A stretch of 64,000 nucleotides of DNA from Acidobacteriota bacterium. Its GTDB lineage: Bacteria; Acidobacteriota; Thermoanaerobaculia; Gp7-AA8. Both the position numbers and the translations under genes were made by a program. Below the pieces are notes generated by a model. It was not told where the DNA came from. It was given only the letters and a program-made list of their open reading frames with translations, and did not search any database. This document shows, in pieces, positions 15,091 to 25,412 of this stretch. The stretch covers positions 128,001 through 192,000 of the forward strand of contig JAFATB010000018.1 in NCBI GenBank assembly GCA_019244185.1, written 5' to 3'. Each line of letters opens with the position of its first letter. Position 1 is the first letter of the stretch.

Positions 15091-16817
15091 TGAAGAAATG
15101 CGATCTCGTGATGAAGGGCGGCATCACCAGCGGCATCGTCTATCCGGGCGCGGTGGCGGAGCTGGCGAAGGAGTACGAGTTCGTCAACATCGGCGGCACG
15201 TCCGCCGGCGCCATCGCGGCCGCGGTCACCGCGGCGGCGGAGTACGGCCGCAAGAGCGGCAAGAACGCGAACGCGTTTGCTGGCGTGAAGGCGCTCTCCG
15301 GCTGGCTCGCCGGATCGGAAGGCGGACGCTCGCGGCTCCTGCAACTCTTCCAGCCGTCGGCGGCGACGAAGCCGCTGTTCGACCTCGCGATCGCGTGGCT
15401 CGAAACGAAAAACCTCGTGAAGGTCGTGCGGAAGCTGCTGGCGACATTCGCGACGTACGCGGGACCCGCGTTCGTGATCGGCCTCGGCGCCGCGGCGATC
15501 GCCGGCGTTGCCGCCTGGAAGACGCCGTCGCTGCTGCTCGGAATCCTCCTGCTCGTCGTCGCCCTCGCGCTCCTCGCCCTCGGCGGCGTGGCCGCCGTCG
15601 TTGCGTCGGTGGGCGAGGCCGCGAAGTACGCGTGGGACGTGCTGCCCCGCGAGCAGTTCGGCATGTGCAACGGCGCGACGCACGAGCGCGGTCCGGTGCC
15701 GGGGCTCACGCAGTGGCTGCACGAGAAGATCATGGAGCTCGCGGGCGTGAACGACGCGCTCACGTGCGGCGATCTCGAGAGCGTGGGCGTGCATCTCGAG
15801 ATGATGACCACGAACCTCACGTGGGGACGGCCGCATCGGCTGCCGTTCGAGCAGAATCACTTCTTCTTCGATGCGGCGGAGCTGCGGCGCTTGTTCCCCG
15901 AGGCGGTCGTGCAGCGGATGATCGGCAGCGCGGCGCCGAACGCCGACGGGCTCTATCCGTTTCCCGATGCGGCGAATCTGCCGATCGTCGTCGCCGCGCG
16001 CATGAGCCTCAGCTTTCCGGTGCTGCTCACCGCGCTGCCGCTGCGCGCGTACGACTACGGCCGCAAGTGGCCGGCCGGCACGCCGCGCCAGCCGGAAGTC
16101 TGCTGGTTCTCGGACGGCGGCATCAGCAGCAACTTTCCGGTGCATTTCTTCGACGCGCCGATCCCGCGCTGGCCGACGTTCGCGATCAACCTCGACAACT
16201 GGACGAAGCGCTATCACGACGATGGTCAACGTGTTTACGTTCCGGACTCGAACCGCAGCGGCATCGTCGCGCGCTGGCGTTCGGTCACGAGCCTGGTCTC
16301 GTTCTTCGGCGCGATCGTGAACACGATGCAGAACTGGCGCGACAACATGCTGCTGCACGTCCCCGGGCAACGCGACCGCATCGCGCACGTGCTGCTCCTC
16401 GGCGACGAGGGCGGTCTCAACCTGACGATGGACGAGACGCAGATGACCAGCCTCGCGTCGCGCGGTGCCGAGGCGGCGCAGATTCTCGGGGCGCGCTTCG
16501 GAGATCATCCGCCGGCGGGCACGAAGCTCACGTGGACGAATCACAAGTGGGTGCGCTTCCTCTCGTTCATGGGCGCGCTGCAACGCTCGTTCGCGTCGAT
16601 CGACAACGCGTTCGTCGACGCCGACGTGCCGCGCTATCCCGATCTCGTGTGCGGAAGCGAGCCGCCGCCGTCGTACGACAGCGCGAAGACGCAGGCGATG
16701 TGCGCGGCGGTGACCGACTTCGCGAAGCACATCCACGAAGACTTCGCGCAGCAGCCGTTCGTCAAAGAAAACCTGCCGAAGCCGCCGCTCGATCTGCGCG
16801 CGATGCCGCGGGAGTAG
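15090..16817 (+). CDS. Patatin-like phospholipase with internal transmembrane hairpin
   Basis: KGGITSG Gly-rich loop, GTSAG nucleophile, DGG motif, two hydrophobic segments. TGATG overlap with the kinase stop. Confidence 0.9.
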
Positions 16818-16832
16818 CGTCGCCGTCGAGCG

Positions 16833-18569
16833 TCATCCGCGGCGGCGTTTGACTCCGCGCCGCGACGGTGGGGCTCCCGGTCCTGCTGTAGCGGCTCCGA
16901 CCGTGGCCGTCGCCGCAACTGTAGCGGCAGCTGCCGCAGCCGCAGCTGCGGCTGACACGACGACCGCGGCCGGAGGCGTCGGCGTTGGCGTCGGAACCGA
17001 GGTGGCGGGCGCTGCGACTGCCGCGGCCGCGGCGGGAGCCGTGGCTACGGCCGCCGCAGTCGGCGCCGCAGCTCTTCTCCGTGCGGTTTCGGCCGTGACG
17101 AGCGCGCGGCCGCCGCGCGCCGCGGGCGCGTAAACCGGGGCGTCGGTCGAGAACACCTCACGGAACGTGCGATCGTTGGTGAGAGCCGCCAACGCCGATC
17201 GGATGTACTCGGAATTGCCGCTGCCTTTGATGAAGTCGCAAGCCATCGCCGCGACGGCTTCTGCCTCGTCGGGAGTCAGCGTTGCCCGCTCGCCACGGAA
17301 CTCGTTGAAGATCCGGGCGCGCTTCGCAGCGCGGTCCTCAGGTGTCGGCGCCGCGGCGTCGAGCTGGTCCGCGAGGTTCTTCCAGTTGAAGCTCGACGTG
17401 GATCCGGCACGCTCGTACGTTCCCGGTCCCGTGCTTCGCAGCGGAAACGCATAGACGTCCTCTGTTCCCGGCGAGTCGAACTCGATCCTGTGCCCGTTGT
17501 AGTTCGCGACGAGCGGCAGGTGGCCGAGACGGCGCGCGTCGCGAATGCCCGAGCGCGCGATCTGCCGCCCGATGCGGATGACTTCCACGCGGTCGACGAC
17601 CGGCACGTTCGAAACCGTTGCGCCGCCACCGCGGCGGAGGGTCACTCGTTCGGTGATCCTTCCCAGCGTCGCGGCCACGTCCATCTTCCGATCGTCGTCC
17701 GAGTCGTAGCCGGAAAAATCGAACTGCGGACTGATGGTCACGACTTGGTCCGGCAGGAGGTCGGCCGGCATCGCGATGCGGTCGGGCTGCCGTGCCTTTC
17801 CGCGCCGGTTCCACGCGCGGAGCAGTTCCCGGCGGCGCTGCTCGGGATTGGCGGTGTTCGCGATGTATGCGCGGATGTCGGCGCCGGTGGAGCCGATTCC
17901 GAGCGCGTGCGTTCGGATGTACGCCATCGCGTGCGACTTGAGCAACTGAACGGCGACCCGGCGCTCCGTGGCGCGCAGAGCGACGGCCGCGTGGCGTTCC
18001 GCCTCCGCTTCCAGCATTGCGTCGTGCACGATCGCGACGCCGCTGCCGAATGGATTGCGCGCGCGTCCGGCGCGCTGCTGCACCACGTGCGCGAGCTCGT
18101 GTGCGAGCAACTGCCGCCCGCGCGGCGAGCGCGGATCGTATTGCCCTGGCGCAAAGTGAATGTGCGAACCCTGCGTGTACGCGGTGGCGCCGAGGGTCTG
18201 CACGTGGGGACCGACGTGCACGCGGACATCGTGGAACGCCGTGCGGAAAACCGACTCCATGAGCTGGCGCACATCATTCGGCAGCGCCTGGCCGGCCAGG
18301 GTGATGCGCGGAGGCGAGGGGAGGAGCACGGCCATGCCGCTCGCCGTCTGCCGCGTCTGAATGGCCAGCGAAGTCTGATGCGGCATCGGCGGCCGATGCG
18401 GCGCCGCGTGCAACTGCGCGACCTGCGCCGCCACGTGCGGCGCCATCTGCGCCGCGTGCGGTTGCACCGCTCCGGTCTGCGCCGGACCGCAGGGCCGCTG
18501 CCGTTGCAGTGCGGCATGCAGCGATGCGATCCCGCCCGGGAACGAGCCCTGGATGACGCTGTCGCTCAT
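16833..18569 (-). CDS. DUF4157 (eCIS core domain) protein with unknown C-terminal domain and Ala/Pro/Thr-rich tail
   Basis: LPNDVRQLMESVFRTAFHDVRVH...AYTQGSHIHFAPGQYDP...LLAHELAHVVQQR...LEAEAER. Confidence 0.88.
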   Translation of the reverse strand: MSDSVIQGSFPGGIASLHAALQRQRPCGPAQTGAVQPHAAQMAPHVAAQVAQLHAAPHRPPMPHQTSLAIQTRQTASGMAVLLPSPPRITLAGQALPNDVRQLMESVFRTAFHDVRVHVGPHVQTLGATAYTQGSHIHFAPGQYDPRSPRGRQLLAHELAHVVQQRAGRARNPFGSGVAIVHDAMLEAEAERHAAVALRATERRVAVQLLKSHAMAYIRTHALGIGSTGADIRAYIANTANPEQRRRELLRAWNRRGKARQPDRIAMPADLLPDQVVTISPQFDFSGYDSDDDRKMDVAATLGRITERVTLRRGGGATVSNVPVVDRVEVIRIGRQIARSGIRDARRLGHLPLVANYNGHRIEFDSPGTEDVYAFPLRSTGPGTYERAGSTSSFNWKNLADQLDAAAPTPEDRAAKRARIFNEFRGERATLTPDEAEAVAAMACDFIKGSGNSEYIRSALAALTNDRTFREVFSTDAPVYAPAARGGRALVTAETARRRAAAPTAAAVATAPAAAAAVAAPATSVPTPTPTPPAAVVVSAAAAAAAAAATVAATATVGAATAGPGAPPSRRGVKRRRG

Positions 18570-18615
18570 ACGTTGTGGCCTTAGAGTACGCCGCGCGCCG
18601 CGACAATGCGAGCCG

Positions 18616-18861
18616 CTACAGCGCCGCGAAGCCCGCGTTGTCCACCGGCTCCTGCTTCCGATCGAGCCGCGTCACGATCCATTGCTCGCCGCGGCGCTCG
18701 ATCTCGACGATCACGGCGGCCCACATCCCGCCGTCGAGGTTCTCGCTCCAGCGGAAGCGGAGGCCGGGCCATTGCGACGCCGGAATGCCTTCGCGGCGCA
18801 GGTGCGCTTCGGCCATTTCGATGAGCTCCGGGCCGCCCTTGTGATCGCAAGCCATTCGCAT
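18616..18861 (-). CDS. Small hypothetical protein (79-81 aa)
   Basis: Fills the gap between the DUF4157 gene and the M1 peptidase with globular-looking composition. Alternative start at 18855. Confidence 0.6.
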   Translation of the reverse strand: MRMACDHKGGPELIEMAEAHLRREGIPASQWPGLRFRWSENLDGGMWAAVIVEIERRGEQWIVTRLDRKQEPVDNAGFAAL

Positions 18862-18875
18862 ATGCTACCCGCCCT

Positions 18876-20636
18876 ATGAACGACATCCATTCCTTCGCGC
18901 GGCCCGACGAGGCGGTCGTGCGGCATCTCGCGCTCGATCTCGCCGTCGACTTCGAGCGTCAGATCCTCTCCGGCTCGGCGACGCTCTCGATCGACGTGCA
19001 TGACGGCGCGCGCGAGCTCGTGCTCGACACGAATGGCCTCACCATCGATCGCGTCACGCTCGACGACGGCAGCGAAACGACGTTTGCGCTCGGCGACGAG
19101 CAGCCGTACCTCGGCCGCTCGCTGACGATCGCCATCAACGCCGGCACGAAGTCGGTGAAGATCGAGTACGCGTCGTCGCCGGAAGCGGCGGCCGTGCAGT
19201 GGCTGACGCCCGCGCAGACCGCGGGCGGGAAGGATCCGTTCCTCTTCACGCAATCGCAGGCCATCCTCGCGCGCACGTGGGTGCCGTGTCAGGACACGCC
19301 GGGCGTGCGCATGACGTACGAGGCCACGATCCGGGTGCCGCGCGGCCTCATGGCCGTGATGAGCGCGGAGAATCCGACCGAGGCGAGCGCCGACGGCGTC
19401 TATCACTTCAAGATGCCGCAGCCGATCCCGTCGTATCTCCTCGCGCTCGCGGTCGGCGACCTCGCGTTCCGCTCGCTCGGGCGCAACAGCGGCGTGTACG
19501 CGGAGAAGCCGATGATCGAGGCGAGCGCGTACGAGCTCGCGGACACGCAGAAGATGATCGACGCGGCCGAGCGCATCTACGGCCCGTACCGCTGGGGACA
19601 GTACGACGTGCTCGTGCTGCCGCCGAGCTTTCCGTTCGGCGGGATGGAGAATCCGCGCCTCACGTTCGCCACGCCGACGATCCTGGCGGGCGATCGGTCG
19701 CTGGTGAGCCTTGTCGCGCACGAGCTCGCGCATTCGTGGTCGGGCAATCTCGTCACGAACGCGACGTGGAACGACTTCTGGCTCAACGAAGGCTTCACCG
19801 TCTACTTCGAGCGCCGCATCATGGAAGAAGTCGCGGGCCGCGAATACTCGGAGATGCTCGCGCTCCTCGGCTATCAGGATCTCGAGGCCACCGTCGCCGA
19901 GCTGCCGCCGCGCGACACGCATCTCTTCCTCGATCTCACCGGCCGCGATCCGGACGAAGCCGCGACGAAGCTGCCGTACGAGAAAGGCTATTCGCTGCTG
20001 CGCCTCATCGAGGAGAGCGTCGGCCGCGAGGCGTTCGACAAGTTCCTGCGCGCCTACTTCGACCGGCATGCGTTCCAGTCGATGACCACGTCCGCGTTCG
20101 TCGCGGAGCTGCGCGAGCAGCTGCTGTCGCAGTTTCCCGGCAGCGAGGACAAGATCGGCGTCGAGCAGTGGATCCATACGCCCGGCATTCCGGAGAACGC
20201 GCCGCAGATCAAGTCGGACGCGTTCACGCGCGTCGAGGATCAGGTCGAGGCGTTCCAGCGCGGCACGCCCGCGGGCGAGCTCGCGACGAAGGGGTGGTCC
20301 ACGCATGAATGGATTCACTTCCTGCGGCATTTGCCGAAGAACCTGACGCGCGAGCAGATGGCGCAGCTCGACGCCGCGTTCCACTTCACCGACAGCGGGA
20401 ACTCCGAGGTGTTGCACGAATGGCTCATGGCGGCCATCGAGCATCGCTACGAGACCGCGTACGATGCGCTCGAGCGTTTCCTGCTGCGGCAGGGACGCCG
20501 CAAGTTCCTCAAGCCGCTGTACCAGAAACTCGCCGAAACGCCCGAAGGCCTCGAGCGCGCGGGGAAGATCTACGCGAAGGCGCGCCCGACGTACCACTCG
20601 GTGTCGTATCGGACGATCGATCAAATCGTGAAGTAG
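18876..20636 (+). CDS. M1 family aminopeptidase (leukotriene A4 hydrolase-like)
   Basis: GGMENP, HELAHSW, WLNEG and PYEKG motifs; LTA4H-like C-terminal domain (QGRRKFLKPLY). Confidence 0.95.
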   Translation: MNDIHSFARPDEAVVRHLALDLAVDFERQILSGSATLSIDVHDGARELVLDTNGLTIDRVTLDDGSETTFALGDEQPYLGRSLTIAINAGTKSVKIEYASSPEAAAVQWLTPAQTAGGKDPFLFTQSQAILARTWVPCQDTPGVRMTYEATIRVPRGLMAVMSAENPTEASADGVYHFKMPQPIPSYLLALAVGDLAFRSLGRNSGVYAEKPMIEASAYELADTQKMIDAAERIYGPYRWGQYDVLVLPPSFPFGGMENPRLTFATPTILAGDRSLVSLVAHELAHSWSGNLVTNATWNDFWLNEGFTVYFERRIMEEVAGREYSEMLALLGYQDLEATVAELPPRDTHLFLDLTGRDPDEAATKLPYEKGYSLLRLIEESVGREAFDKFLRAYFDRHAFQSMTTSAFVAELREQLLSQFPGSEDKIGVEQWIHTPGIPENAPQIKSDAFTRVEDQVEAFQRGTPAGELATKGWSTHEWIHFLRHLPKNLTREQMAQLDAAFHFTDSGNSEVLHEWLMAAIEHRYETAYDALERFLLRQGRRKFLKPLYQKLAETPEGLERAGKIYAKARPTYHSVSYRTIDQIVK

Positions 20637-20646
20637 GAGCGCGCGC

Positions 20647-22641
20647 ATGGAAACGACCGAGTCGAAGTCACTTCCCGAGAACGCGTACGTCCCGTTGCCC
20701 GCCGGCGTCGAATACGAGCCGATGGTGCCCTCGAGCGTCGCGCCGCCCGAGGCGACCGGCCGGTCGATCTTCTGGGGCGTGCTGCTGTGCTTCATCTTCT
20801 CCGCGGCGTCGGCGTACTCGGGACTGAAAGTCGGGCAGGTGATGGAGGCAGCGATTCCGATCGCGATCCTCGCCATCGGACTCGCGCGCGTGTACGCGCG
20901 GCGCTCGTCGGTGCTCGAGAACGTGATCATCACCAGCATCGGCGGCGCGGCCGGCGCGGTCGTCGCGGGCGCGATCTTCACGCTGCCGGCGCTCTACTCG
21001 CTGCAACTCCATCCGCATCCGGTGCAGACGATTTTCATCTGCGTCGCCGGCGGCTGCCTCGGCGTGATGTTCCTCATTCCGCTGCGGCGCTACTTCGTGC
21101 GCGAGATGCACGGCCTGCTGCCGTATCCGGAAGCGACCGCGATCACCGAGGTGCTCGTCACCGGCGAGAAAGGCGGCTCGCAGGCGAAGCTGCTCCTGCA
21201 GGCCACGGCGCTGGCCGGCATCTACGACTTCTTCGTCACCACGTTCCAGGTGTGGAAGGAGTTCCTCGACTTCCAGTTCATCCCGGTGATGCGCACGCTC
21301 GCGGAGCGCGCGCGCATCGTGGTCCGCTTCGACGCGATCGGCTTCATCCTCGGCCTCGGCTACGTGATGGGGCTGCGCTCGTCGATGATCCTCGTCGCGG
21401 GCGGCGTGGTCTCGAACTTCGTACTCGTGCCGCTGATCTACATGATCGGCCAGCACTTCCCGAACGCCGTCTATCCGGCCACGGTGCCGATCGCGCAGAT
21501 GGACGCGTCGCAGATCTTCCGCGGCTACGTGCGCTACATCGGCGTCGGCGCGATCGCGACCGCGGGCATCTTCGGCATCCTGAAATCGCTGCGCGTCATC
21601 GCGGGATCGTTCGGCGTCGCCGCGCGCGCGTTCCGCGCGGGCGAGACGCACGGCGAACGCACCGATCGCGATCTGCCGGTGGTCACGATTCTCCTCGGCA
21701 TCGTGATCGGCGCGATCCTCGTCGCGGCGTTCTTCGGCACGCTGCGGCCGACGGCGGTCGTGCTCATCATCGGCCTGCTGCTCACGCTCGTCTTCTCGTT
21801 CTTCTTCACGTCCGTCGCCGCGAACGCGATCGCCACGACCGCGCGCAATCCGGTCTCGGGCATGACCATGCTGACGATCATCATCTCGTCGGTGGTGCTG
21901 CTGCAGTTCGGGCTCTCCGGCACGACGGGCATGTTCTTCGTGATGGCCATCGCGGGCATGGTGTGCACCGCGCTGTCGGTGTCGGGCCAGACCATCACCG
22001 ATCTCAAGACCGGCTACTGGCTCGGTTCGACGCCGGCGACGCAGGAGAAGGTGAAGTTCCTCGGCGTCGTCGTGGCCGCGATCGCCTCGGGTCTCACGAT
22101 CGTCATGCTGGCCGGGATCTTCCAGTTCGGCGAGGCGGCGCCGGGCGACACGCGGCTGGTGCTGGCCGCGCCGCAAGCGTCGATCATGCAGGCGCTGGTG
22201 CAGGGCTTCATGAACCGGCAGCCGATCGCGTACATGCTCTTCGTCGCCGGCGCGTTCATCGCCGTGGCGATGGAGATGCTCGGCGCGCCGGCGCTGATCT
22301 TCGCGCTGGGCATGTACCTGCCGCTCGAGCTCAACACGCCGGCGCTCGTCGGCGGCTTCATCTCGCATCTCATCTCGCGGAAGTCGGAGCGCGTGGGCGG
22401 CGCGCGCGGACGCACGATGCGCGAGCGGGGCGTCGTGATCGCGTCGGGTCTCATGGCTGGCGGCGCGCTCGGCGGCGTGCTCGGCGCGTCGCTGCGGCTC
22501 ATTCCGAGCTTCAAAGAGAGCTGGGTCACGACGCCGTTCTACGGCAATGACACGGTCTCGCAGATCGTCTCGCTCGTGCTGTTCGTCGCGTTGTGTCTCT
22601 ACCTCTGGATCGACGCGACGCGCGTGCGGCAGGAAGTGTGA
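20647..22641 (+). CDS. OPT family oligopeptide transporter
   Basis: GLKVG, GAIFTLPA, YPEATA, NPVSG, DLKTGY and APQA motifs; many TM segments. Confidence 0.93.
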   Translation: METTESKSLPENAYVPLPAGVEYEPMVPSSVAPPEATGRSIFWGVLLCFIFSAASAYSGLKVGQVMEAAIPIAILAIGLARVYARRSSVLENVIITSIGGAAGAVVAGAIFTLPALYSLQLHPHPVQTIFICVAGGCLGVMFLIPLRRYFVREMHGLLPYPEATAITEVLVTGEKGGSQAKLLLQATALAGIYDFFVTTFQVWKEFLDFQFIPVMRTLAERARIVVRFDAIGFILGLGYVMGLRSSMILVAGGVVSNFVLVPLIYMIGQHFPNAVYPATVPIAQMDASQIFRGYVRYIGVGAIATAGIFGILKSLRVIAGSFGVAARAFRAGETHGERTDRDLPVVTILLGIVIGAILVAAFFGTLRPTAVVLIIGLLLTLVFSFFFTSVAANAIATTARNPVSGMTMLTIIISSVVLLQFGLSGTTGMFFVMAIAGMVCTALSVSGQTITDLKTGYWLGSTPATQEKVKFLGVVVAAIASGLTIVMLAGIFQFGEAAPGDTRLVLAAPQASIMQALVQGFMNRQPIAYMLFVAGAFIAVAMEMLGAPALIFALGMYLPLELNTPALVGGFISHLISRKSERVGGARGRTMRERGVVIASGLMAGGALGGVLGASLRLIPSFKESWVTTPFYGNDTVSQIVSLVLFVALCLYLWIDATRVRQEV

Positions 22642-23381
22642 CGCGGCCACCATTCACCGCGCTGCACGCGCTGCTTTCGTTCGCGCTCGTCTTTCTCGCG
22701 CAGGTGGTGGCGGGCTTCGGAGTCGTGTTCGCCGCCGTGATCGTGAAGATGGCGTCGGGTGAGAACGTGTCGGAGTCCGGCGCGATGCGGCAGCTGACCG
22801 AGTCGCTCGGCATTCCGCTGCTGCTCGCGTCGGCGTGGATCTCCGCGGCGGTGCTGATCGTCGTGCTGCGCGCGTGGGCGTGGCCGCTCGTTCCCGATCG
22901 CACCGATGAAGGTCTCGGCCTCGTCGCACCGGCGCGGAACCAGATCCTCGCGCTCGCACTGATCGGCGTCGCGTGCGCCGGCACGTACCTCGCGCTCATC
23001 AGTCTCGCGCATCTCAAACCCACCGGCCCGCTCGGTCCGATCGCGCGCGTGGCGCTGGAAAGCCGCGCGGGCCGCACCGCGTGGATCGTCGTCGCGCTCT
23101 GCTATGCGCCGGTCATCGAAGAGCTGCTCTTCCGCGGGCTGATGTGGCGCGGACTGCGCGCGAGCTGGGGCGTGATCCCCGCGGGCGCGATCGTGACGCT
23201 GCTCTTCTTCGCGCTGCACCTCGGCGAGACGATGCACTTCTGGCCGGCGATGATCGCCATCGCCACGCTGTCGGTCGCGACGCTGCTCGCGCGCGTCCGC
23301 ACGGGAAGCGTCGTCGCGTCGATGGTGCTGCACGCCGCGTACAACGGCACGATCGCCGTCGCCGCGCTGCTTGCGGGTTAA
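22638..23381 (+). CDS. CPBP/Abi (CAAX protease-like) intramembrane metalloprotease
   Basis: EELLFRG, FFALH and HAAYN motifs. GTGA overlap with the OPT stop. Confidence 0.88.
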   Translation: MTRPPFTALHALLSFALVFLAQVVAGFGVVFAAVIVKMASGENVSESGAMRQLTESLGIPLLLASAWISAAVLIVVLRAWAWPLVPDRTDEGLGLVAPARNQILALALIGVACAGTYLALISLAHLKPTGPLGPIARVALESRAGRTAWIVVALCYAPVIEELLFRGLMWRGLRASWGVIPAGAIVTLLFFALHLGETMHFWPAMIAIATLSVATLLARVRTGSVVASMVLHAAYNGTIAVAALLAG

Positions 23382-23390
23382 GGCGCGGGG

Positions 23391-23876
23391 CTAAGGCTTC
23401 GGCTCAGGGTTCGTCAGGCGCTCGACGAGCGTCGTCAGCAGATCGAGCTGCTTCTGCTGCGTCTCGAGCAGCTGCGCCCATTCGTGCCGCAGCAGGTGAT
23501 CCCATTTCTCGTGCAGCGCCGAGATCTCGAGCTCCGCGCGGAGATTGACCTCGTAGTCGTGCGACGCGTCGAGCCGGTCCTTCGCCGCCTGCCGGTTCTG
23601 CGACATCATGATCACCGGCGCCTGCAGCGCGGCGATCATCGACAGCATCAGATTGAGCAGGATGTACGGGAAGGGATCGAACGCGCGCCTGGCCAGCATC
23701 CACGAGTTGAGCGCGATCCACGCGACGAGCACGCATCCGAAGAGGATGATGAACGTCCACGAGCCGCCGAACGTGGCCACGCGGTCGGCGACGCGCTGGC
23801 CGAACGTCAGCCGCTCATCGAACTCACGGTTCGTATCGCGGGCGATCGGCGCGGGACGAGGGGACGCAAGGTGCAT
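23391..23876 (-). CDS. DUF1003 membrane protein
   Basis: TFGQRVADRVATFGGSWTFI, FDPFPYILLNL and QAPVIMMSQNRQ motifs. GAGGAGG RBS. Confidence 0.9.
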   Translation of the reverse strand: MHLASPRPAPIARDTNREFDERLTFGQRVADRVATFGGSWTFIILFGCVLVAWIALNSWMLARRAFDPFPYILLNLMLSMIAALQAPVIMMSQNRQAAKDRLDASHDYEVNLRAELEISALHEKWDHLLRHEWAQLLETQQKQLDLLTTLVERLTNPEPKP

Positions 23877-23981
23877 GAAGGCCTCCTCGCGAAAGAGTAC
23901 CCGCAAGCCCGCCGCACGTGCGTACTGGCTATGCCCTCAGCGCTGCCGGCCGCGCCGGCCCGCCGGAGGCCTCTCGTCGCG

Positions 23982-25364
23982 TTAGACCGCGTCGGTCAGA
24001 TCGACGCCGAGGCGCGACTTGAGGAAGATGCGCGCGGGGCGCGAGCTCTCGCGCAGCCAGTCCCACGACTTCTTGAGCTTTGGGTGTTCCTGGATGAAGA
24101 GCTCCGCGGCGCGTTTGCGCGCTTTGTTGCCGCCGAACATCCAGCGGATCTCTTTCTTGCGCACCTGCTCGAGGGTCTGGTCGAGCTCCGCGTAGAACTC
24201 CTCGTCGGCACGGAAGTACATGTTCTTGAGCCAGCAGAGACCGTCGGTCACGCACGGCTCCTTGAGCACGTCGAAGCGCGCGGGGGAGTACGCGATGCGG
24301 TTCTTCATCAGCATCACTTCGCGCATCTCGTCGCGCATCTTCGCGAACTCGGGACCGTTCCACTGCTCGGCGAAGGTCGGCTTGTCGTGCACGTTGCCGA
24401 GCGGCTTCACGCTCGGGTTGAGCAGCAGGCAGCACGGGCGGATGTCGCCGTTGCCGGTGATGGCCGCGGTGTACCAGGCGAAGAAGCAGCCGCCGTTCTC
24501 GTTCTTGAACGACGGCGCGATCGGATACGCGTTGTGCGCGGGCGTGTTCACGCGCGCGCGGACGGCGCTGAGCATCTCGTTCCAGCCGGCGATGGCGAAG
24601 TCGACCTGCAGCATGCCGATCTCGCGGTCGCGGCGGAGGATCTCCTCGACCAGCGGCTCGGCGGCGTAGCGGTCGTCCGGCGTCAGCAGCACCTGGCGAT
24701 CGATCCGGTCCATCGGGATCTCGAGCACGGCGTTGATGGCCACGCGGTCGGGACCGACGGAACGCGCGAGCTCGTACATGTCGACGAGGCGCGAGACGTT
24801 CTTCTGATCGATGAGGAACTGAATGACGATCGACGGATAGATCGAGTCGCCGCGCACCGCGACGAGGTTCTTCATGTTCTCGACGACCTTGTCGAAGAGC
24901 GCGGGCTTGACCTTCATCATGCGCGCGTAGTCTTCGGCGTCGGCGGCGTTGAGCGAGAAGATGACCTCGCGCGCCTGATTTTTCACGAGACGCTCGGCGA
25001 CCTCGTTCGTCAGCGCGACGCCGTTCGTGGTCAGGTTGTCGATGATCACGCCGCGCAGCGCGAGGTGATCCATGACGTTCAGGACGTCGCGGTGGAACAG
25101 CGGATCGCCGCCGCCGGAGAGACGCACCGACTTGAGGCCGGTCGACTGCAGCTCGTCGATGAGCTCCGTGAGCTTCGGCAGCGGAATCGATTCTTTCGTG
25201 CGGAGGTCCTGCTGGTTGCAGAAGTAGCAGGCCACGTTGCAGCGGTCGGTGAGGTCGAGCTCGGCGTGCACCGGTCCGCGCGTCGGACGATTCTCCGCAA
25301 TGGCCGCAATGATCTCGCGCTTGCGCTCCCGCGCGACCTCGGCCCATCCATGTGTTCCACGCAT
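23982..25364 (-). CDS. Radical SAM protein with SPASM/Twitch-like domain
   Basis: CNVACYFC (CxxxCxxC), SGGGDP, TTNG; C-terminal CFFAW...GDIRPCC...LGNV...C. Confidence 0.9.
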   Translation of the reverse strand: MRGTHGWAEVARERKREIIAAIAENRPTRGPVHAELDLTDRCNVACYFCNQQDLRTKESIPLPKLTELIDELQSTGLKSVRLSGGGDPLFHRDVLNVMDHLALRGVIIDNLTTNGVALTNEVAERLVKNQAREVIFSLNAADAEDYARMMKVKPALFDKVVENMKNLVAVRGDSIYPSIVIQFLIDQKNVSRLVDMYELARSVGPDRVAINAVLEIPMDRIDRQVLLTPDDRYAAEPLVEEILRRDREIGMLQVDFAIAGWNEMLSAVRARVNTPAHNAYPIAPSFKNENGGCFFAWYTAAITGNGDIRPCCLLLNPSVKPLGNVHDKPTFAEQWNGPEFAKMRDEMREVMLMKNRIAYSPARFDVLKEPCVTDGLCWLKNMYFRADEEFYAELDQTLEQVRKKEIRWMFGGNKARKRAAELFIQEHPKLKKSWDWLRESSRPARIFLKSRLGVDLTDAV

Positions 25365-25412
25365 TCGAGTCCGTTTAATCCTTGCCGTTCGAAGGGTATT
25401 CCTATTCCGCGC

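Noticed and set aside
16875-17075. Repetitive GCC/GCG-rich stretch as a possible tandem repeat or array
   Set aside because: It encodes the Ala/Thr/Pro tail with varied codons, and there is no fixed DNA repeat unit.
18876-20636. LTA4 hydrolase-like gene as a eukaryotic horizontal transfer
   Set aside because: This M1 subfamily is widespread in bacteria and the codon usage is host-like.
23877-23981. Possible RiPP precursor peptide for the radical SAM/SPASM enzyme
   Set aside because: No small ORF with an RBS and precursor-like composition, and no RRE, peptidase or exporter clearly linked.
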